Positions 1 to 9,100 of a DNA stretch of 17,792 nt are shown here, one piece after another. The notes under the pieces were generated by a model that had not been told where the DNA came from, ran no database searches, and was given only the letters and a program-made list of their open reading frames with translations. Position 1 is the stretch's first letter; every line of letters begins with the position of its first letter. Where the stretch lies: assembly GCA_050331235.1 (NCBI GenBank), contig JBHJHA010000025.1, forward strand, positions 1 through 17,792, in the 5' to 3' direction. This stretch comes from Leptolyngbyaceae cyanobacterium (GTDB lineage Bacteria; Cyanobacteriota; Cyanobacteriia; Phormidesmidales; Phormidesmidaceae). Made by a program: the position numbers and the translations under genes.

Positions 1-69
1 GAAGTCATCAACTTCCCAGAAAATCTGCGTCACATCCAGGCGAGAGACTTCGGATAAAGTGGTGTTCAT
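1..69 (-). CDS. IS982-family transposase, N-terminal 23 codons (truncated by window edge)
   Basis: ATG at 69 (minus) gives MNTTLSEVSRLDVTQIFWEVDDF, open to position 1. This resembles the N-terminus xSRLDITxIFCxVDDF recalled for cyanobacterial IS982 transposases (W here in place of C). Too short for the ORF track. Confidence 0.75.
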   Translation of the reverse strand, partial: MNTTLSEVSRLDVTQIFWEVDDF

Positions 70-110
70 AGCTGAGCATAGAATTCGTCAAATTCAGTCT
101 CAGCTTTTTT
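70..110. other. Stem-loop abutting the transposase start codon
   Basis: AGCTGAG (70-76) pairs with CTCAGCT (99-105), and GAATT (81-85) with AATTC (91-95). A T6 run lies at 105-110 on the plus strand. Confidence 0.5.
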
Positions 111-225
111 CTTACTCACTTCTGCTCGTCGAACTCACGTCCGTTAGCAGGGACGATCGCCAATGGGTGCCATGCTCAGCGACAAATCCCGAACTTCAAA
201 GGGCGATCGCCTCACGGTGGCGCGA

Positions 226-2025
226 TTACTCAGAACCGATATAACCGGCTTCTGCCAGCCACTGAGTCGCTTCCTCAGCCGGCATCGGCTTACCAAAAAA
301 GTAACCCTGGGCATACTGGCAGCCCAAAGACTGTAAGAAATTTACCTGGCCAGTGGTTTCGCATCCTTCCGCGATAATACTCATGCCCAAGGCCGCCCCC
401 ATCGAGACGATCGCCCGAGCAATTTCCGAGTTGCCGCCATCGTCTTTAATGTCTTTGACAAAGCAGCGATCGATTTTCAGGACATCGACCGGTAACTGCT
501 TGAGATAGCTCAAAGACGAGTAACCCGTGCCAAAATCGTCAATACTGATGCTGAGCCCCCGCTGGCGAATTTGATGCATCTTTTCCAGCGTATTGTCCTG
601 AAATTCCAGCAGGCCGCTTTCAGTCACTTCGAGCTTGACCGACCCCGCCATTAGAGATGCCTGAGCCAGCGCTGCATCCAAATCGTCCAGCAGGTTGGGG
701 TGGGTAAACTGCGGCGCGGCTAGATTGATGCTCATGGTGAGATAGCCAAACTGCTGCTGCCAACCGGCTAGCTGCCGAATGGCCTCGTGGAGCACCCACC
801 GCCCCACTGGCACAATCAAACCCGTCTCTTCTAGACATGGAATGAAAACATTCGGGGGGACCAATCCGTGGCCCTCTCGGTCCCATCGAATGAGCGCTTC
901 AAAGCCGTTTACCCGACGGGTTGCCAAATCGATAATGGGCTGAAAGAACAGCACGAATTCCTGCAGCTCGATCGCACGATTAAGGGCGCTCTCCAGATCT
1001 AAGCGGCGAATGGCGGCATCGTGAAAATCAGTCTGGAAGAGATAGTAGCCATCGATCGCCTCGCCTTTTGCTTTTTGCAAAGCCGTATCGGCATCTCGAA
1101 AAATCTCAGTGGCAGTTTGGTAATGGGGGCCGCCTTTGACCACACCAATGCGGGCATGGACAAAGACTTCATAACTGTCGACGCGAATCCCCTTGCTGAG
1201 GCTGGCAAAGAGAGTTTCAACGTATTCGATAATTTCGCGATCGCTCTGGGGCGCAAAGGACAGAAGCCCAAACTCGTCTCCGCCAATCTGATACAGCACG
1301 TCTCGTTCATAAAGATTTGACTGTAGGCGCTTGGCCACCTCAACCAACACGCGATCGCCAATGGCATGGCCCAGCGAGTTGTTAATCAGGCTAAACCGAA
1401 ACAGGTTGAGCATGACAAAGACAAATGGCGGCTGATTGTCCGCAGACTTCTGACATAGACTTTGTAGCGTCTCCATCAGCGAGGTGCGGCTGGGCAACCC
1501 GGTCAGGGCATGGGTATAGAGCGCTCGATGCAGCGCTTGGGTCCGAAACTTGACCTCCGCTAGTGCTTTATTGAGGGCGATCGTCCGTTGCTCAACTTTT
1601 TCCTCCAAGACATCGTTGATGGCCTGTAGCTGCTGATTGAGCCGCTTAATGGTGAGATGACTTTTGACCCGAGCTTTGACCACTGTCGGATGGGCTGGCT
1701 TCACAATGTAGTCGGCCCCCCCATACCGAAAGCCCTTAGCCTCGTCGTCCGCTTCACTGAGGGCAGTCACAAAAATGATCGGAATATGCTGAGTTTCAGA
1801 CTGCCGCTTGAAATGCTCGCACAGCTCATAGCCACTCATATCCGGCATCATCACATCCAGCAGGATGAGATCTGGCTGCGGTGCCTTCAAAGCCAACTCG
1901 ATCGCTTTATCAGCTGTTTTGGCCGCCACCACGGTGTAATCGTGCATCAGCGCCACCATCAGGACCTGAAGGTTTTCGGGCTGGTCATCGACGATAAGGA
2001 TCTTAGAAGACGGTTGATTAACCAT
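226..2025 (-). CDS. Response regulator REC-GGDEF-EAL; probable phosphorylation-controlled c-di-GMP phosphodiesterase
   Basis: REC: ILIVDD, LILLDVMMP, FVTAL, DYIVKP. Coiled coil LEEKVEQRT. GGDEF motif at 1270-1284. EAL domain with FEALIRW, SINL, LEVTE, DDFGTGYSS, LKID, AEG, QGY. Confidence 0.93.
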   Translation of the reverse strand: MVNQPSSKILIVDDQPENLQVLMVALMHDYTVVAAKTADKAIELALKAPQPDLILLDVMMPDMSGYELCEHFKRQSETQHIPIIFVTALSEADDEAKGFRYGGADYIVKPAHPTVVKARVKSHLTIKRLNQQLQAINDVLEEKVEQRTIALNKALAEVKFRTQALHRALYTHALTGLPSRTSLMETLQSLCQKSADNQPPFVFVMLNLFRFSLINNSLGHAIGDRVLVEVAKRLQSNLYERDVLYQIGGDEFGLLSFAPQSDREIIEYVETLFASLSKGIRVDSYEVFVHARIGVVKGGPHYQTATEIFRDADTALQKAKGEAIDGYYLFQTDFHDAAIRRLDLESALNRAIELQEFVLFFQPIIDLATRRVNGFEALIRWDREGHGLVPPNVFIPCLEETGLIVPVGRWVLHEAIRQLAGWQQQFGYLTMSINLAAPQFTHPNLLDDLDAALAQASLMAGSVKLEVTESGLLEFQDNTLEKMHQIRQRGLSISIDDFGTGYSSLSYLKQLPVDVLKIDRCFVKDIKDDGGNSEIARAIVSMGAALGMSIIAEGCETTGQVNFLQSLGCQYAQGYFFGKPMPAEEATQWLAEAGYIGSE

Positions 2026-2028
2026 GGG

Positions 2029-5000
2029 TTACGGGTGCGATTTTGCTAGTTGCCTGAGTTGCTGCAGCAACTGCTCAGCCCGCTCAGTTTCAAACGTATC
2101 AATACAAACCGCAAGTGCACTCACCAATGTGCGGGCCTGAGCATTCGCATGCAGTGTGGTTTGCAGCCAGTTTATCGTTTCAAATGCGGCTGCCAAGTCA
2201 GTTTCCAAAGCCTCGCCTAGACGGTGGGCTTGCTCCAGCACCCGTGACCAGTCAATGGGAGCCGCACCGGGCGTTGCCAACGACTGACTCGGCAGCGATT
2301 GTTGCCACTGGTCTAGCTCGCTCAGCACCTGAACGAGCTTTTCATTCACCGTCCCCAGGGCAGCAACATCAAAGCCTGCAGCCTGCTGACGAAAGGAAAG
2401 TTCTAGTTGTCGAGCCCGATCGCTGAGGCCTTCGCAGCCCAGCGTGGCGCTCGTACCTTTTAGCCCATGGGCGAGGCGGGTTGCCTCTGAGTAGTGGTCT
2501 TGGGCGATCGCCCGTTGAATCTGCTGGTCAAAGTCTTGGTACCGAGCCAAAAACTGCTTGAGCAATTTGGTATATAGCTGTGGATTGTCGCCCGCAAAGT
2601 GCAACCCGGCCTCGGTGTTGAAAGATGGCAGATGAGCAAAGGTGTCGTCTGCCGCAGCGGCACGGGAAAGCATAGGCATCGAAAGACCAGCCGATTGGGA
2701 AACAGTTTCACCCAAGGATACCCATCGTAAGATGGCAGCATACAACGCGTCTTTGACAATTGGCTTGGCTAGGTAATCATTCATACCCATGGCTAAACAG
2801 TGTTGCTGATCGCCCGGCATGGCATTGGCCGTCATCGCGATAATTGGCAGCGTATCCGCCTGGGGCAGGGAGCGGATGTGGCGGGTGGCTGCATAACCAT
2901 CCATCACTGGCATTTGACAATCCATCAGCACTACGTCAAACGTATCGTGACTAACGAGCTCGTAAGCTTCCTGACCGTTATTCGCTAGGGTCACGATCGC
3001 CCCCGCTGTCGTCAACAGCTCAACCGCAAGTTCCTGGTTAATCTCATTGTCTTCCACCAGCAAGACCCGAATATTGGCCAGACAATCGGCCGCCATCATC
3101 CCAGAGTTCGTTGATGTTTTAGCGGTGTCTGCGGGGGCCGTGGCTGCTGTCAGCAGCGCTAGCAGGTGGTCAAGCAAAATTGAGGACTGCAAGGGTTTGT
3201 ATAGCTGACGCATCATCCCTGCCGACTGATCTACGGTTGTCCCCCCCGTCTGGAGCGGATCGGTGATCAGCAATACCGCCGGGCTCTGGACTTTTCTCCG
3301 CCGGCACATTTGCTGCGCTAGCGCAGCCCCATCGCTATCAGGCAACACCGAATTGACAATGATCAGCGGATACGCGGTTTGATCTAATGCCGCGATCGCC
3401 GTGGTGACCACAGTAGCCGAAAAGCCAACACTAGATAGCGTCTTGACCAGCAGCGCGCTCATCGCGGCGGAGGGCTCAACGACCAATACCGGGCAGGCTA
3501 ACGAGGGCAGGCCTCGATATTTGGCTGATAAAGGAGCCAGCGGTAAGCTCGGTGCCCCCAACCGCGCTGTGAACCAAAAGGTGCTGCCGGTGTGGCCGTC
3601 GCTCTCCACACCAATTTCGCCATCCATGAGCTGCGTTAGGCGCTTAGCAATCACCAGCCCTAAGCCAGTGCCCCCATATCGACGGGTCGTGGACGGATCG
3701 CCTTGGGTAAAGGCTTGAAATAGCGTTGATTGTTGCGCCTGAGTCAAACCAATGCCGGTATCGGTAACGCTAAACCGCAAAACTGGGTCAGCAGTCGCTG
3801 GCTCTACTGGACTGGCCGTGACTAAAACATGCCCGCTGTCGGTGAACTTAATAGCATTAGAAATCAGGTTGAGTAAAATTTGCGTCAGTCGTTTGGGATC
3901 GCCGACCAAGCGCTGCGGCGTCTGCACATCCAGGTCAAACATGAGTTCAATCCCTTTTGTGCTGGCTTGGTGGCTGGTCACATCGGCCAGATTTTTGATG
4001 ACCGTTTCAATCGAAAACGGCACTCGTTCTAAGGTGAGCTTGCCAACCTCAATTTTAGAAAAGTCCAAAATATCGTCGATCACATGCAGCAGCGACTCAG
4101 CCGCCACGTTGATCTTAGTTAAGTAGTTTTGCTGCTGCGACGTCAGCGACGTTTCGAGGGCGAGTTTAGTCATGCCCATGATGGCGTTCATCGGAGTGCG
4201 AATTTCATGACTCATGTTGGCCAAAAATTCGCCCTTCGCCCGGGTAGCCGCCAGCGCCTTATCCCTCGCTAGGGTCAGCGCCTGGGCCGTTTGTTGGAGT
4301 CGTTTTTCCGCAGTTTGGCGTTCTATAATCCGCTGCTCTAACCCTTCCATGGTGTTTTGGAGCTGGTGGGCCATGCTATTGAGGGCGGCCTCTAGTTGAC
4401 CAATTTCGTCGGGAGCATGAATCAAGCTCCGATAATGCAATTGCCCCGTAGCCAGGGCTTGGGCCATGTGAATCAGGTTGCGCAAGGGAGTACTGATCAA
4501 GCGTTCAAATAATCCGATTGAGAAGCCCGCCATTAATAGGCTGACCGCAGTGGAAGCCAGCAAAATATTGATGCCGGTTTGGTAGACTTCCTGCTGCACA
4601 TTTTGAATAGAAAAGCCTAGCCAAACTTCCCCCAGCTGACTTTGGTCAACGAGGATGGGAGCCCGAATTTCCCGTACCGAGTCCTGAGCTCGAAACCACT
4701 CAGCCAGATCCAGAGGAGACGGTGGGGTTGTTGCCGATTGTGTGGGCTCTATGAGGGAATGCGCTTGCTTGAGCGATCTCGTAAGGGGCCGCTGCTGCTC
4801 ATCTACAACAATCACGTAGAGGATATCCTCATCTTCGTAACTCTGCCGAATCAAAATTTCTAACGACAAAAAATCGAGGGTCAGAATGGCCTCGGGCGCA
4901 ACACCACTGATGAAGCGGGTTATCTTTTCGGCTTTTTGCTCCAGAAAACTCAGGCGCTTTTGATATAGCCAGTAGATTTGTACGCCCCCAAAGATTAACT

Positions 5001-5112
5001 GGATAACTAATAAATAAATACTGGCGATCCCTAAGTATCGAAAGGTGATGCTGTGCTTTCGTTTTACCGTAAATTGTGAATTGGCAAACAGCTTGCCAAA
5101 AGGAAAAATCAT
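2029..5112 (-). CDS. Membrane hybrid histidine kinase: TM-periplasmic sensor-TM-HAMP-HisKA-HATPase-pseudoREC-REC-HPt
   Basis: Two hydrophobic segments (YLGIASIYLLVIQLIFGGVQIYWLY; INILLASTAVSLLMAGFSIGLF). HAMP: PLRNL...DEIGQL...NSMA. H-box SHEIRTPMN, N-box NLISNAIKFT, DTGIG, GGTGLGL. REC VLMDCQMP...LAKP. HPt AHGLKG. Confidence 0.93.
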   Translation of the reverse strand: MIFPFGKLFANSQFTVKRKHSITFRYLGIASIYLLVIQLIFGGVQIYWLYQKRLSFLEQKAEKITRFISGVAPEAILTLDFLSLEILIRQSYEDEDILYVIVVDEQQRPLTRSLKQAHSLIEPTQSATTPPSPLDLAEWFRAQDSVREIRAPILVDQSQLGEVWLGFSIQNVQQEVYQTGINILLASTAVSLLMAGFSIGLFERLISTPLRNLIHMAQALATGQLHYRSLIHAPDEIGQLEAALNSMAHQLQNTMEGLEQRIIERQTAEKRLQQTAQALTLARDKALAATRAKGEFLANMSHEIRTPMNAIMGMTKLALETSLTSQQQNYLTKINVAAESLLHVIDDILDFSKIEVGKLTLERVPFSIETVIKNLADVTSHQASTKGIELMFDLDVQTPQRLVGDPKRLTQILLNLISNAIKFTDSGHVLVTASPVEPATADPVLRFSVTDTGIGLTQAQQSTLFQAFTQGDPSTTRRYGGTGLGLVIAKRLTQLMDGEIGVESDGHTGSTFWFTARLGAPSLPLAPLSAKYRGLPSLACPVLVVEPSAAMSALLVKTLSSVGFSATVVTTAIAALDQTAYPLIIVNSVLPDSDGAALAQQMCRRRKVQSPAVLLITDPLQTGGTTVDQSAGMMRQLYKPLQSSILLDHLLALLTAATAPADTAKTSTNSGMMAADCLANIRVLLVEDNEINQELAVELLTTAGAIVTLANNGQEAYELVSHDTFDVVLMDCQMPVMDGYAATRHIRSLPQADTLPIIAMTANAMPGDQQHCLAMGMNDYLAKPIVKDALYAAILRWVSLGETVSQSAGLSMPMLSRAAAADDTFAHLPSFNTEAGLHFAGDNPQLYTKLLKQFLARYQDFDQQIQRAIAQDHYSEATRLAHGLKGTSATLGCEGLSDRARQLELSFRQQAAGFDVAALGTVNEKLVQVLSELDQWQQSLPSQSLATPGAAPIDWSRVLEQAHRLGEALETDLAAAFETINWLQTTLHANAQARTLVSALAVCIDTFETERAEQLLQQLRQLAKSHP

Positions 5113-5131
5113 AAGAAAAAAATAGAGCCGA

Positions 5132-6127
5132 TTATTTTATTTCCCAACTTTTCAGACGCAGCCTCTCGATCATACGGTCAATTGCTGAATAATCCGTTGC
5201 GGAGACAAAGCCGTCTAGTTTAGCGGCTGTTAGCGCCGGATGTTGGGACTCAATCTCCATTAAAGCGGTTTTTACCTGACTGACTAACGCTGGGTCAGCA
5301 TGCTGTAACGCGGCCACCGGCCACTCTGGATAAAGCGCTGTCGTATGGGCATAGTAAAAATCGTCTTTGACAGGGGCCAAAACTCGAATATCGTCATCAT
5401 TAGCGAGCAGCTGCTGTGACACCATTTTTTCTAACTGCCCGGTGCGGACAAACCCAGCATCAAGAGTCCTATTCAACACCGCTAAAACGATATTGTCCTG
5501 TGATTGATTCTCAATGAACTGTTCAAAATCAGTAAATGGATCAATGCCTTCGTTGAGTAAGTGCTGAATCTGAAAAACGCAGCCAGCGGCAGCTGTTTGA
5601 AAGTTGACACAGGCAACTCGTCGGCCGCGCAAATCTTTGAGGGTTTGAATATTGCTGTCCTCACGAACAATGATGGAACCGCTAAATTGCGTGCCGGTTT
5701 GCGGGCGGGAATGGGTCGCTAAAAACTCTGCCCCGTACAGCCGTTGCAGCTGTACGGCCGCCAGTGAATTAGTGGCTACAAAATCTATTTTTTTTGCTGC
5801 CACTGACGAAAACTGGCTTTCCTGGGTCAGCAGCACTAACTCAAAGGGGTGTCCGGTCGCTTCTGAGAGGTAAGCCAGAAGGGGCGCATATCGTTGACGC
5901 ACGGACACGGCATTATCGATCACGAGGACCCCAAATCTCACCAGATTTGCTTGTGCGGTGTCACTGGGCTGGGGCGCTGGAGTCTCACCGACCTCGAGGG
6001 TGGTGATCTGAGTTGCTGGTTGGCTACAGCTAGCGAGGGCGATCGCTGCGGTTAGCGACCACAGTCCGAGAACGATGGATCGAGGAGTACTAACCCGCTT
6101 TATCTGTGAACTCTTCTTTAAACTCAT
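5132..6127 (-). CDS. PhnD/SsuA-fold substrate-binding lipoprotein (TtrS/ThsS sensor-domain-like), no ABC partners
   Basis: Start re-called at ATG 6127 (MSLKKSSQ...), which removes the overlap with the upstream kinase and exposes a basic N-terminus, a hydrophobic stretch and lipobox LASC (Cys at 6026-6028). PBP2 features: IIVREDSNIQTLKDLRGRRVA, LDAGFVRTGQLE, TALYPEWPVAA, DYSAI. Confidence 0.85.
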   Translation of the reverse strand: MSLKKSSQIKRVSTPRSIVLGLWSLTAAIALASCSQPATQITTLEVGETPAPQPSDTAQANLVRFGVLVIDNAVSVRQRYAPLLAYLSEATGHPFELVLLTQESQFSSVAAKKIDFVATNSLAAVQLQRLYGAEFLATHSRPQTGTQFSGSIIVREDSNIQTLKDLRGRRVACVNFQTAAAGCVFQIQHLLNEGIDPFTDFEQFIENQSQDNIVLAVLNRTLDAGFVRTGQLEKMVSQQLLANDDDIRVLAPVKDDFYYAHTTALYPEWPVAALQHADPALVSQVKTALMEIESQHPALTAAKLDGFVSATDYSAIDRMIERLRLKSWEIK

Positions 6128-6170
6128 TGCAAACAGGGACTGGCACACGCTTAGCCATTTAGGGTTGAAA

Positions 6171-9100
6171 TTAATCGTCACAGGCCAATTGAGACTCTGC
6201 CAACTGTGACAGCTCTTCCAAAGCGGCATAGGCAGAGTCTAGTTCAAATTGTTCCAATGCCTGGGTCAAGTTATTGATAGTTTGCCCAGCTTCAGGATGA
6301 GACTGTAGGGAGCTTTGCAGCGCTGGCAACCGCTCCAGGGCCGAGCCGAGGTCAGTCTCTAATTCTTCGCTGAGGCGATAAATCTGCTGCAGAATAGCGG
6401 CCCAGTCGATCGCTTGAGCGGCGGTTTGAGCGGCGGTTTGAGCAGCGGACGGGGGCGAGAGGGATTGTTGCCACTGGTCCAGATCAGCCAGGACTTGGGC
6501 AAGGATTTCAACTAAGGATGTTACGGCAGCGGAGTCATACCCTGCCCCCTGCTCCCGTAGCGACAGCTCTAAAATTCGGGCGCGATCGCGCAGTTCCCCG
6601 CAGCCCAAGGTGCCACAGAGTCCCTTTAGACTGTGGGCCATCCGGGTCGCTTCTGTATAGTTGCCAGCGTCTAAAGCCTGGTGGAGTTGGTCAGCAAAGC
6701 TTTGATGCTTCTGCCAAAACTGTTTGAGCAGTTTGGCATAGAGCTGAGGATTATCGCCAACAAAATGTAGACCCATGGCAACATCAAATGTGCCAAGGGC
6801 CTGAAATGCCAGCTCAGGCAGCCTGACACTGACGTCCGCACTAACCGATACAGAGACCTGGGAGACGGCGGCCTCCGCCGAGACCCAACGCAGAATAGCG
6901 GCGTACAGTTTGTCTTTGACGATGGGTTTAGCCAAGTAATCATTCATACCGATGGCAAGACATTTTTGCTGATCGCCCGGCATGACGTTAGCCGTCATGG
7001 CAATGATGGGCAATCCATCGGCCTGGGGTAGCGCCCGAATTTGACGCGTCGCCTCATAGCCGTCCATCACCGGCATTTGGCAATCCATCAGCACCACATC
7101 AAAGGATTCACTACGAACATAGTTGTAGGCTTCCTGTCCGTTATTTGCCACCGTCACGATCGCCCCAGCAGCGGTCAAAAACTCAGTCGCTAGCTCCTGG
7201 TTGATTTCGTGATCTTCCACCAGCAGCACCTGAACTCCCGCCAGTGTTTTGGCTGGGCGGACGAGCAAAGGTGGATTAGGATTTGCTAACACAGACTGAT
7301 ACTTGGCCTCTTGGGGCAGCATGATTTCGACGATCGCCTCGAGTAGCTGGGAGGGCTGCAGAGGCTTGTAGAGAAAATGTTGAATACTCGCTGCATAGGC
7401 AGTTTCTTTCACCACGAGCTGGCGATGGGCCGTGACCAAAACAAAGGCCGGATTTGTCTTGAGCGAGAGCGATTTACGAATACGCTGAATGAGGGAAATG
7501 CCGTCGATATCAGGCATCACATAGTCGACCATAAAGATATCGAAGGGGCGATCGGCTTGGTCAGCAGCCTGCAGGGTCGCGATCGCCTGATCCGCCGTGT
7601 CAACCACCGTCACCTCAAACTCAAAGCTCGACAACACCTCTTGAAAAATTGTTCGAGCCGCTGCATTGTCATCCACAGCTAAGATACGGGTGCCCTTGAG
7701 GTCGCCCCGTTGCTGATACTTAAGCCGCGCTGATTTCACTCTTGCCTGGGAGCGCTCAAACCTGGCGGTAAACCAGAACGTACTGCCCTGGCCCAATTGG
7801 CTCTCGACCCCAATTTCTCCCTCCATGAGATGGGCCAACCGCTTAGAAATAACAAGCCCGAGGCCAGTGCCGCCAAAGCGACGGGTCGTAGAGGTATCCC
7901 CCTGGGAAAAGGCTTGGAATAGAGATGCCTGCTGTTCCGCTGATAGGCCAATGCCGGTATCAGTGATACTAAATTTTAGCTGACAGGTCCGATCGCCCAG
8001 GGCCACCGGGGCCACCGAGACGACGATATGACCCGTCTCAGTAAATTTGATCGCGTTGGCAACCAGATTCAACAGGATCTGGCCTAAGCGGAAGGGATCG
8101 CCTTGCAAACTCAAGGGCGTATCCATGGCGACATCAAAGAGGAGTTCGAGCCCTTTGTTCCCAGCTTGAATGCCGGTCACATCGGCTAAGTTGCTGAGCA
8201 CCTCGTCCAACGAAAACGGCACCTGCTCCAAGGTGAGTTTGCCCGCTTCAATTTTGGAGAAGTCCAAAATATCGTTGATGATGTGGAGCAGGGCTTCGGC
8301 TGATTTGTCAATTTTGGCAAGGTAGTTGCGCTGTCTAGCCGTGAGTGAGGTTTCTAGGGCTAGCTTGGTCATGCCCATGATGGCATTCATGGGCGTGCGG
8401 ATTTCATGGCTCACATTGGCCAAAAATTCATCTTTCATGTGGGTTGCGCGGGCGAGCTCGCGGTTGGTAATCGCCAGCTGCTGATTCCGCTCGGTCAACT
8501 GTTTTTCAGCATTTTGCCGTTCTTGGAGTTCTTCTTCGAGGCGCTCAAACAGGCTGGCTTGCCGCACGGCGATCGCCATTTGCACCGCCAACTGCTGTAC
8601 CAAATCGATCTCAGATGACTGCCAGGGGCGAGCTGTATGACAATGATGGATAAACAGTAGCCCCCACAGCTCCTCATCCCGTAACAGGGGCAAAACCATA
8701 TGGGCTCTGACCTCTAGGAGCGGCAAAATCTGGTCGTAGAATGGATAGGGACCAGTTTGCTCAATGTCCGACGAGATTAGGTGCTGCCCCTGACTCAGGG
8801 GCCCGGCGTAGGCTGCGGGAAAATGGGGATCTGCTGCCCTTAAGTGGAGTATCGAAGAACCATCAGCAGTTGTGGCCTCAGCCACAAATTGCCCGGCCGT
8901 CAGATGAGACGTTGGGTCAAACTGGAAGATAGACACCTGGTCACACTGCAGCACTTTCCGAATTTCATCGCAGGCAGTGGCAAAGATGGTTGGTAGGGCA
9001 AGCGTGCTGCGCAGGCGCTGGGTAATCTCCCGCAGCAGCATTTCATGGACTGCCTGTTCTTGAATCAGCGCTTCGGCCCGTTTACGACTGGTGACATCCT

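Larger units (their letters stand above)
1..140 (-). mobile_element. Left end of a probable IS982-family insertion sequence (element continues beyond window start)
   Basis: 127-140 reads ACGTGAGTTCGACG on the minus strand, matching the terminus I recall for cyanobacterial IS982-family elements. A transposase-like start follows at 69. The right end and target duplication are outside the window. Confidence 0.8.

Noticed and set aside
59..244. 61-aa plus-strand ORF
   Set aside because: Spans the IS end and overlaps two better-supported minus-strand CDSs; no recognisable motif.
5788..5795. T8 homopolymer as a phase-variation tract
   Set aside because: Short, frame intact, and explained by Lys-Lys-Ile codons.
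5132..6127. Calling this gene phnD of a phosphonate transporter
   Set aside because: No phnC/phnE nearby and the STSG ligand motif is absent; only the fold family is supported.
6128..6229. 34-aa N-terminal extension of the binding protein given in the ORF track
   Set aside because: Overlaps the upstream kinase 3' end and buries the lipoprotein signal; ATG 6127 fits better.
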